34,726 nt of DNA from Macrostomum lignano (Eukaryota): the NCBI GenBank assembly GCA_002269645.1, contig NIVC01004282.1, positions 1 through 34,726 of the forward strand. Direction: 5' to 3'. A program made the position numbers and the translations under genes. Positions 1 to 10,900 of this stretch are shown in pieces. The notes under the pieces were generated by a model. That model searched no databases, was not told the DNA's origin, and saw nothing but the letters and a program-made list of their open reading frames with translations. Every line of letters starts with the position of its first letter. The stretch's first letter is position 1.

Positions 1-600
1 AAAAGTGCTGGCTTCCGGTGTCGCGCCTTCAACGCCTACACAATCCTGTCATCAAGATTGCACTCACACTGCGATAGTCTTTCGGGCGCGACGCTGCACC
101 CGTTGAAGACTATGAGGGCTGGCGTTGAAGCCGGGCTGCTGGGCCCGCAGTTACTGCAGGCGGGTTGCTGCGGGCCGCACACCCCAGCCTCTGGCGTTTC
201 CCGCTGTCGCCTGCCGTAGCATCTCTGGCAATGCGGTCTTGTCGTGATGCTTGTTCTCACTCTGCAGGCTGCTAGCTGCTGCAACTGGGAATTTTGTGCT
301 CACCGATGCCTGCAGACTCTGCATAGTGTACCGCAGCTGCTGAACTTCGCTGGATTAACTCGTTGGGGTTGCACCGCTGCTGCTGGGATGCTTGGCGAGC
401 TGTGCTGCATCAGTAGCTGGGCTTTTTGAAGCGCTTGCTCTGAGGTCTACCAGCTCACAGATTCGGGAAGGCCGCAGACGAACGGATGGAACAGCAAAGC
501 TCTTGAGCATCTTTTTTGTCCACAGAAGAGCTTTTGAACATCTTATTCAACTCGTATAAGTACATGCGTGGAGTCTAATTCGATAAGACCTTGGGTAAAA
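1..600 (-). mobile_element. Decayed Ty3/Gypsy gag-protease fragment (frameshifts and stops)
   Basis: Minus-strand pieces in shifting frames read PRMYLYELNKMF, LLFHPFVCGLPESVS, EQALQKAQLLM, RIARD (degenerate Zn-knuckle end), GNARG, and a DTGS protease-like motif near position 10-21. A possible PBS-like TGGTGACGAGC lies at 862-872. Confidence 0.55.
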
Positions 601-1435
601 TTGGGTCTTATCGCATTGGTTAGATTTAATCTTCAAAGAAACTTTAACAAAGTGCGTAAAAGCAAAGACAGGGGTAGCCGACGCACCAAGTCTATTAAAA
701 CTCCTTTAGGAGCAGCTTATTGTCGGGCAATGCTTTAAAAATGCTCTCAGTTACCGCAAGGCAATCCTGTAAAAGTTGTTTGAAATTTGATAAAGCACAT
801 TTGTTAAAAATAAGTGCCTGGGAATGTGGGGCAGGTCGCGTGACCCTTGCCGTGCGGGTGTGCTCGTCACCAGACTGCTAGGAAATTATTGCTAACGCAT
901 GAAAGTCACAGAGCTAAATCTCAAAAGTAGAATTACTCATCAAATTAAAAACCAAGGGTCAACTTTTGTGGAGATTTAAATTTTCGAGCTTGTGAAGAGT
1001 CAAGTTTCTGAAGGGTTCTGTATTTTTCTCTCTCCTTTTCCTCTCTTTGTCAATGGAGATTCCACAGCCGAACAGACTTGGCTTCTTCAACACCAGTTTA
1101 ATAAAGTAGAAACGCTTCGTGAATCGTACAAAAATCGCTTAAGAAATTTTTTATACGAGTGTATATTTAAAATTTGAAATATGTCGTCCCGATCGGCCAA
1201 CTTCGAGTAGCCTATTCTTCGAGTAGGCTAGGCAGAATATTTTGAACAGATTTTGTGAAGCAAAGTTGTTTATCTTTGAAAAAATGGTAATAAGGTAAAT
1301 TAAGATTATTAAAACACTTAAGTTTATGGGCAGTTTTCAGGGAAACCTGTTGCTTGTCAATTAATGTTCTTTGTTATAATCGAGTTTTTTCTGTAATCTT
1401 TGGAAAAATTCAATTGTCTTCGTATAGTATTTTCT

Positions 1436-1448
1436 TTTATTTTTTATT
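1436..1448 (-). promoter_or_regulatory. Candidate polyadenylation signals of the dynein gene
   Basis: Two AATAAA hexamers on the minus strand (tttatt at 1436-1441 and 1443-1448), about 250 nt after the stop codon. Confidence 0.35.
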
Positions 1449-1693
1449 ATACAACCAACAAGCAACATGGCCTGGTCCAATCTGTAGGAATCAGAATCTC
1501 AAAAAATCTCAAAACATATAAGCTATATAAAACTCACATCGTAGGAGCTGGCATATAGTCAATCCTCTCTCGATAGTTAAAAAACCAACTTGCAGGCAGC
1601 CAAAATAGAAATAGTTTTTGTGGTGAAAGTCAACAAAATATTAAGTACTTTTACACGGTTTGATATAAGCTACAGTCACGTGACAGCGCGGTA

Positions 1694-1955
1694 TTAATCA
1701 TCGAGCTGGCAAAGCAGAGCGCAGCCTCGCTTCACCCAGTGCGACGGCTTCTCGGTGCAGTTGAGCAGGATTGGCAGCACAAAGTTGGTGCTGTGACCTG
1801 TGGTGGACAAAACGCCTCGCCTCTCGGAGGTCTTGTATACCGGGCAGGTGTACCGATTTGAATTCTCGTCAATCTCTTCTCGTTTCATCGGTCGAAGCCA
1901 GATTACTGGCACGTGATCGTACAGAATCTTTGGCAGCTGCTCGGCTAGGCAATTT
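1694..1955 (-). CDS. DNAH12: Dynein exon 20 (C-terminus, TAA)
   Basis: ttcag|A AAT TGC CTA; reads [13 protein letters not shown]...CQLDD*. Confidence 0.95.
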
Positions 1956-4900
1956 CTGAATTGAATTAGAAGGGTCGGGACCATAGATAGTGTAAAAAGC
2001 TAGAGTGAGGGATCGGGACCATAGACAGTGTAAAAAGCTAGAGTGAGGGATCGGGACCATAGACAGTGTAAAAAAGCTGGACTGGGGGATCGGGACCATA
2101 GACAGTGTAAAAAGCTGGACTGAGGGATCGGGACCATAGACAGTGTAAAAAGCTGGACTAAGGGGTATGGACCATAGATAGTGTAAAAGGCTAGAGTGAG
2201 GGATCGGGACCATAGACAATGTAAAAAGCTGGACTGAGGAGGGGTCGGGACCATAGACAGTGTAAAAAGCTAGATTGAGGGATCGGGACCATAGACAGTG
2301 TAAAAAAGCTGGACTGAGGGATCGGGACCATAGACAGTGTAAAAAGCTAGAGTGAGGGATCGGGACCATAGACAGTGTAAAAAAGCTGGACTGAGGGATC
2401 GGGACCATAGACAGTGTAAAAAGCTGGACTAAGGGGTATGGACCATAGATAGTGTAAAAGGCTAGAGTGAGGGATCGGGACCATAGACAATGTAAAAAGC
2501 TGGACTGAGGAGGGGTCGGGACCATAGACAGTGTAAAAAGCTAGAGTGAGGGATCGGGACCATAGACAGTGTAAAAAAGCTGGACTGAGGGATCGGGACC
2601 ATAGACAGTGTAAAAAGCTGGACTGAGGGATCGGGACCATAGACAGTGTAAAAAGCTGGACTAAGGGGTCGGGACCATAGATAGTGTAAAAGGCTAGAGT
2701 GAGGGATCGGGACCATAGACAATGTAAAAAGCTGGACTGAGGAGGGGTCGGGACCATAGACAGTGTAAAAAGCTAGAGTGAGGGATCGGGACCATAGACA
2801 GTGTAAAAAGCTGGACTGAGGGGGGGGGTCGGGACCATAGACAGTGTAAAAAGCTGGACTAAGGGGTTTGGACCATAGACAGTGTAGTGTGGACAGTTGG
2901 TCTAAAAAATTCTCTGGAAAGATTTTTAAGCGCACAGTATTCAATGGGGTTTTACCATAGACTATTTAAGGACGAGAACAATCCGTGCAGTAAAAATACA
3001 CGAGGGAGATGGGAGCGAGTACTGTAACATATAATCCATCTATAATATATTGTAAGCAACTTATTTTTGACGTCATCTTTATATGCTTCTATCTCAACTT
3101 TTTTTGTCTACTTGATCGCTAAACTACTAGTAAGTACTATCTATGGGTATAAGCTGAAGTTTAATCCTAGATTATTATTACAAAAATCCGGTTGCTGCTA
3201 GAGAACTGTATTAGGTATCGCCTACTAAAGAGTAGCTCGAAGTACGAAGTACGAAAGAAGCCAATATTTTATATTTTGGGCAAATATCAAGCGCACAGAA
3301 CTTCAAACAAGTGTATTTATAGGTGAAGACCAGCTGACGAAGAGTAAAGACTCAGAAAAGCAGTCCTGGCCTTTGAGTTTGGAGTTCTAATCCCGGACCC
3401 CGGTTGTAGAAGATCCTAAACTTTTTTGCAGAGTTTACTTATTGCAACAGACTAAAATTTTGTGATAGAAGCAGTTACTAAAATATTTGATTTATTTTTG
3501 TTATAATCTGCAGCTACTTTCTTTTTTATGGCCATTAAAATCTACTAGCATCTCGGACTCACCTGTCTCGATCCCACCTGGCCCCGTCCAGGTACAGTCC
3601 AATAACGTAGGCGCCATCCTTCGGCGCGGTGGACATGCTGTCCACGGCCAGCACCTGGAAGTCGAAGCCGAGCAAGTCGATGGGATGGTGTACTTCCTAG
3701 CGTAGTTCTGCGTCACACCCGTCAGGAAGGCCTGCGTGAAGAAGAAGCCAGAGATCCAAAACACCGCCGGCTTGTCCTCGTCGTACCACTTCTTGAGGAA
3801 CTTTAGGCGCTCCAGCAGGTCGTTGATGTAGCTGCCCAGCGGCTTGAGGCTCGGGTAGGAGGCGCGCATCCACAGGGCCGGCACCTTGCCCACCGCCAGG
3901 CTGCCGCCGAGGGCCTCGAGGTCGGCGTTCATCACCACCAGACCCTTGATGGCCTTCTCCAGGGACTGCAGCGAGGAGCGGACCGTGCCAACCAGCTTGT
4001 TGAATCGCTCCATCTCCTGGGTGAGCACGGTGTTCATGCTCTCCGTGTACACCACCGGGAACTTGCGAACCGCCGCCTCGAGGTCAAAGTTTGGCGGTAG
4101 CTTCTTCAGAATGTCGGTGGCGATCTCGTTCAGGTAGGAGTCGCTCTGGCCGGCCTTGCTCGATCCCGCCTGACCGAGGGTGAGCAGCACGAGTCGAACA
4201 GGCCGCGCGTCTCCTGCAGCTCCCGGCTGATGTCAACATTCTCGTGCATACCGAACACCTCCGGGTGCTGGTAGGCCGGCAGCTTCTTGATGAACTCCAG
4301 GTAGTCGGCGTAGTCCATCTTGTTGGGGATGTAGTAGTTGCCGGATGGGCTCAGCTTGTACTTCTGCTCGGTGACCACGCCAGGGTTGTAGAAGTCGGCC
4401 AGGATCGTCATGAGGCAGCGCCTGTCGCGGTCGTCGGTGACGCGGCCGCCATAGTTGCACTCGCCAGTCAGGTAGGTGATGGCGTCGTAGGGCACCTGCT
4501 CGTACTCGTTGACGAACATGCGCAGTTGGCGCACGGAGATGCTCAAGTCAGAGTCGTTGAAGCCGTAGGGGATGTTCCAGCCCATCGGGCCGAACTTCCG
4601 GCGCTCCTGCACCAGCGCGTGGAAGAAGCAGAGGCTGTACAGCAGCTTCTCGAACGTGGCCTCTTTGCCGGGGCAGCCGTTGAAGAATGATGGGTCAGAG
4701 ATTGGATCGTTGAGGTACGACTGCAGCAGATTCTGCCGCAGGCCGGTCGGTGGCTCGTTGGTCATCTTGACGCCGTTCTGCAGCACCGTGACTGGGAACT
4801 TCGGACTCGGGTAGCTGGTGAGCCACAGGCGGAAGTCCTGATGCGTGTTCTCCCTGGCCAGCCACTCCTCGCAGATCTTCTCCAGCTCGCCCATCCAGCT

Positions 4901-7900
4901 GACGGCCAGGTGACAGTTCTGCAGCATGATCCAGCTGCCGTCCTCCATGGCCTTCTCAATCTTCCTGGCCGCGATGGGTCCCTGGCCCTGGCCGAGCGAG
5001 ATCGAATCGAACTTGTTACCGCTGAAGCCCATGTCGTCCACGAATTTCAGCAGCGCCATGGTGGGATCCGCGCCCGGCGACAGCACAAAAATCATCGGCA
5101 CGTCGCGGCGCGAGTCCTGATAGGAGCGGCTCAGATCGAACGGCGGCGGCTCCACGAATTTTGGGCCGAGTTTCTCTCTGACGTACTGCGTCACCATTGG
5201 GATGATCTTGTCCGGCCGGATGCAGCGGACCACGATGATGCGCTTGAACTCGTCCAGCTTGGTGTGCCACGGGTCGGGCAGGGTCGCCTCGTGCGGATCT
5301 TTGCTCTCGTAGAACTGCTTCCATTCGGAGATGTGGTCGCAGAAGTGTTGCCTGGAAAATTAACAGAAGTGGCTGTGTGCTCTCCAGGCCTTGCACACCG
5401 GATTTTGACCAGCTGCCCGATTCCATAGGTAAAGATCTTCGTTGGATTACCTGAAGATACGCTCCAGGAACACCTGTTTCCAGCTATACCTGAGTGATCA
5501 GCACACCTGTTTCCAGCTATACCTGAGTGATCAGCACACCTGTTTCCAGCTATACCTGAGTGATCAGCACACCTGTTTCCAGCTATACCTGAGTGATCAG
5601 CACACCTGTTTCCAGCTATACCTGAGTGATCAGCACACCTGTTTCCAGCTATACCTGAGTGATCAGCACACCTGTTTCCAGCTATACCTGAGTGATCAGC
5701 ACACCTGTTTCCAGCTATACCTGAGTGATCAGCACACCTGTTTCCAGCTATACCTGAGTGATCAGCATACACCTGCACGGAGTTACCCGGGTTCACCCGT
5801 TCTCACCTGAATCCCTTGAACGCGGGCAGGTCAGACATGCGGCAGATTTCGTCCCAGCTCTTTTCGGACAGCCAGGACGGGTCCGGATTGGGCAGCTTGT
5901 TCTCCAGTCCGACTCCGCCAGTGAGGAGGAACAGCAGCTCCTTCTCGTCAAGTTCGCCTCGAGCACTGCAAAATGGGTTTTGAGCAATGGCGATGACTAG
6001 AGCAGTTCCAACTGTTCTGGTACTAGTGAATCAACCATATTGATTGCGTGATTGTGTGAATCAAGCTCTGATTTTCTTGCTTTTTCAATCTCTCTACCAA
6101 AGTGCTTGAAGTATACTACTTACAATAGAGCATTATATAGACTGTGAATATTTTTTGTTTACAAAACTTAGGCAATTGTGATATAAAGTGTTTTATACAA
6201 ACTAGCCGATAAATTTGATTGCAAAACAACTGTACCGGTAGGTGACATGAAGCACTGCAATCGGTAATGTGCTTAACAAAACATCCAATTAAAAATAACA
6301 AAAAAGAGCAACAAAAGCTCAGATTAGTCCTCACAGCGCAGTGTTATAGTGGCAGGTTGGATAAGTATAGCATGGACAGTGGCTGGAGCAGCGAAGAGAC
6401 AGAACTATTTTAACTCGGAAGAAGAAGAAGAAGTATTTCAAAATAGTCTAAATTAGCTTGCCAAGCTTCATTAGACCGGGGTTGGGGCTGAACTTACGAC
6501 ATGAGCTGGGTGGTCATTAGGAATGAGAATAGCAGCTTATCGGTGGCAAATAGCGACCGACAGACATTAGTATAGAGCGATATGGTGAAGTGCTCAATCA
6601 GATAGCGGATTCGCTTCTCCAGAATGCGGCTCTTGTTACTGAAATGACGGTGGAAAGCGTTGGCCAGGCGGGCTGGCGCTACTAAGCTACTAATAGTTAG
6701 TTAAATAGCAAATTAATCACTGTTAGTAAGCGTATATTATATACATAATTATTGATTAATAGCCGTGGTTAATTGTTATTAATAATAATAAAATCAATCA
6801 ATGCTAGATTAGCGGGACCGCAATCATATTGCCGAAATCGATTCGGCCTCAGAGCTTTCGTCATCATAATCCATATCTACGAGCTGGGATTATGAACTCG
6901 ATCTCACATCACTAAATTGGTGCAGAGCTTTAATGAGAAAAGCAGCTTGTCCTTGGCGAACAGGGAGCGGCACACATTCTCGTACAGATTGTACTGAAAA
7001 TGGTCCTTCAGGTAGCGAATGCGGCGCTCCAGAATCTTTGACTTGTTGCTGAAAATTATTTTAACTAATTGTTTTAACTTCGTGATGGATTGAATGCACG
7101 ACTTTATTACATATTGTGAGTTAAATTTATGCATCTTTCAGTGACGCGTGCATTTGGGCAAAAGTGATGCAAACGATAAAATTAAATATAAGTTATGCAT
7201 GATGTATGATACTCGTAGTAATACTAAAGCACTGAAATATACATGATAGGCATCGCGTGAGAGAAGTTGACTGATCTGACAGCCAATCAGCTTGAGTGGA
7301 GTGAGGTGGGTGCCCATGAGAGGTAGAAAACGACTAGGCATCATTTTTCCAGCCAATCAGCATCACGTTTGTAGACTAGAACTCTCTAGCCAATATTGTG
7401 TGAGGAAAGGAGGAGCTTCAAAGGAGGCAATAAAATCACCAATATTCTCACCTTTCATTGATGGAGCTGATATAAAGGTTGACAAACCAGATCAGCGAGT
7501 ACTGGTACATCGGATCAATGTTAGGCAGATCCGTGATCGAGAAGAACAGTATCGATGAGTGGTTCGCAATTGGCGCGTAGTCCATGCGGGCCGCATCAAT
7601 TTTCTCTTGAGTTTTCTCTGCCACCTAAATTAAATATCAAATGTGCAGTTAGTATAAAAATTCACTAGCGACATAGGACTTGTGCTGATTTTATCACTAA
7701 TATAATGTATTGATTAGCAATTTCTTAACTTCTAGACTTCCGCAGATAAGTTTAAGATTTAGGGCCATCTTAAACGTGCTATTCAGCTGCATGCTAACCG
7801 TAACCAACTCTGTTTAACCTTTGCAGTAGTGGTGGTGGCGAATGCGCTAGGCCACTAGGCTAGCGACATAGTACAAGTGTACATGCTTGAAAGCACCGCC

Positions 7901-10900
7901 TCACCTTCTGCTTCTTCTGAATGTCGTCGGACAAGATCTTGGAAGAGTCGAGAATCTGGATGGCGCTCTCGTTCTCCAGGATGTTGCCTTCGGCCTCGGC
8001 CAGAGTGGCCAGAATCTTGTCCTCGATCTCTTTCAGCTGGCGCCGGTTCTGCGCAGTCATCTTAATCAGCGACTGCCGCTCCTCCTCCAGGTCCGGCCTA
8101 GCGGGATTGATTTGAATTGGAAAATGCGTTTGAGCCTACTGATAGTAGAATTCACAGTAATCAGCCATAGCTAGCTAAAACAGGTGTGTCTAAACCACCA
8201 CTCACTTCTCCTTAGCAACCACGATGCCAAGCAGCTGGTCCTCCAGACCCTCCGGCGTGATCATGAAGTTCAGAAGGGACACCTTCACGGCGATCTCCGG
8301 TAGGTAGTGCGGGTTCCTCAGCTTTGTGGTGATGAAGAACTTGAAATCTTTCGAGTATTCGATGGTGGTTTCGCCCAGACGGATCATGTCGACTCCACCT
8401 AGAGGGATTCGATCATTTTTAGAGTATAACTAACTGCAATAAATGTTCCTCATTCCTGTGCGTTCCAAAGCAAAGCTATGAAATTAACGATGAAAAAATA
8501 TATTTTGCTCTAAAAGAAATAATTCAATATTAAAGGTGAGTGACTTCTGTGAAAATGGAATTTCAAGGGATGAACGAGTGCACAAAACTTTTACACTCAA
8601 TCTCCAATAGTCTTCACATGCCAAACTTAAGGAATCGTGCCTTGGTGGAATTCTCAAAGCCCTCTATCTCGATCCTTCGGCTCGGTGACACAGCCCTCTA
8701 TCTCGATCCCTCAGCTCGGTGACACAGCCCTCTATCCCATCCCGATCCCTCAGCTCGGTGACACAGCCCTCTATCCCGATCCCTCAGCTCGATGACACAG
8801 CCCCCTATCCCGATCCCTCAGCTCGGTGACACAGCCCTCTATCCCGACTCCATGCATTATAAATTATGATAGTTTATTTAGTAGTTTATATTATCTGTCG
8901 CCAGTGGAATCATGCAGATGCAAGACCGAACACATGCGGACCAAAGAAGCTGCTCATGCACCGCTCATGCACCGGATGCGCAGACAGACGGCCTCATCGT
9001 GCAGCCGTGCAGCTGGTTATTATGTACTTTTTGTAGAGCCGACATGCGAGCTCACCGAGGCCGCGAGTCAGGCTGGAGGCTGACGCTGAGATGTCGTACC
9101 GGCTGCCGCTGCTGGCTCGAGATTCGTCTAATATTTTTTGCCGAGATTAAATTAGCTTTGGTATTCTACGAATAATTCGCTTTGTGCTTGGCTCAGTTTT
9201 ATTGTGGGAACAGTTTTTCTTATAGAGTGGCCCGCTGGGTGTATTCAATCAATATATGCAGTATATGCTCGTACATACGTAACTCTAGTCACACACAAAC
9301 TGTTTGTGAATTGCCGACTCGAAAAAATTGAACTAAACAAAACTAAGGTGACACGGTTTTGTTCGCATGGTAACCAAATATAATTCTATCTGTTGTTATA
9401 ACTGGAAAAATGATCGTCTTACTCTGTCCTCTAGCTGAAATATTCGATAAGTTTGTTATTTTCAATGATTAGTAATGCTGTTATGATTATGAGAGACATG
9501 CATTCCTGACATTACCAATAGATATATTGTCATGCATTATATGGTTTGCTACTGTTTTGTTTTTAATTAGCAAAAATTAGATATTACTATATTATCAAAG
9601 ACAATGGTGGTTTGTCTCAGCTATCGTGCCTGTAGCTTCAATAAACAAAAGCCGGTTCTTTGAACTGTCGCGAGGCAGTGCAGAAAACCTACTGAAATAT
9701 TGTGTCTAAACTCACTCTGCTTGAACGTCTGCTTGAGCAGCACCGGTTCCAGGCTGGGGTCCAGCTCCTCTCCGACATTCTCTAGTAGCAGCGGGTTGCC
9801 GTAGCTGATGGCCATCTCCATCTGGCGCATGTAGTTCGAGTCGCTCAGTTTGATCACGGCGAAGCCTGGCGTCGACTTGTATGTGTTCTTGATCCACTTG
9901 TTGGCCTGGCCTTGCGGATCGATCATGAGCGGCCTAAACGTGTCGATAGTAAGCTTACGTTAAATCACGTGACAGCAGAATCAACTGAGTTCCTTTGGTG
10001 AAGACCAGGGAGTAGCGGCATCCCATCTGGGAGTTGCGGAATCCCATCAATGGACTGGGGGAGTTGCGGAATCCCATCGATGGACTGGGGGAGTTGCGGA
10101 ATCCCATCGATGGACTGGGGGAGTTGCAATGGACATCGATGGACTGGGGGAGTTGCGGCATCCCATCGATGGACTGGGGGAGTTGCGGAATCCCATCGAT
10201 GGACTGGGGGAGTTGCGGCATCCCTTCGATGGACTGGGGGAGTTGCGGAATCCCATCGATGGACTGGGGGAGTTGCGGAATCCCATCGATGGACTGGCGG
10301 AGTTGCGGCATCCCATCGATGGACTGGGGGAGTTGCGGAATCCCATCAATGGACTGGGGGAGTTGCGGCATCCCATCGATGGACTGGGGAGTTGCGGAAT
10401 CCCATCGATGGAATGGGGGAGTTGCGGAATCCCATCGATGGACTGGGGGAGTTGCGGCATCCCATCGATGGACTGGGGGAGTTGCGGCATCCCATCGATG
10501 GACTGGGGGAGTTGCGGAATCCCATCGATGGACTGGGGGAGTTGCGGAATCCCATCAATGGACTGGGGGAGTTGCGGAATCCCATCGATGGACTGGGGGA
10601 GTTGCGGAATCCCATCAATGGACTGGGGGAGTTGCGGCATCCCATCGATGGACTGGGGGAGTTGCGGCATCCCATCGATGGACTGGGGGAGTTGCGGAAT
10701 CCCATCGATGGACTGGGGGAGTTGCGGAATCCCATCGATGGACTGGGGGAGTTGCGGCATCCCATCGATGGACTGGGGGAGTTGCGGAATCCCATCAATG
10801 GACTGGGGGAGTTGCGGCATCCCATCGATGGACTGGGGGAGTTGCGGAATCCCATCGATGGACTGGGGGAGTTGCGGAATCCCATCGATGGACTGGGGGA

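Noticed and set aside
581-613. 10-bp inverted repeat cgataagacc/ggtcttatcg
   Set aside because: Isolated hairpin within a decayed retroelement; no TSD or other functional context.
1869-2944. Long repetitive ORFs over the 38-bp array
   Set aside because: Translations of a tandem repeat inside a dynein intron; no coding signal.
5191-5810. [11 protein letters not shown] / [11 protein letters not shown] ORFs; in-frame intron retention
   Set aside because: 33-bp repeat translation; retention of intron 18 meets TGA immediately after the donor.
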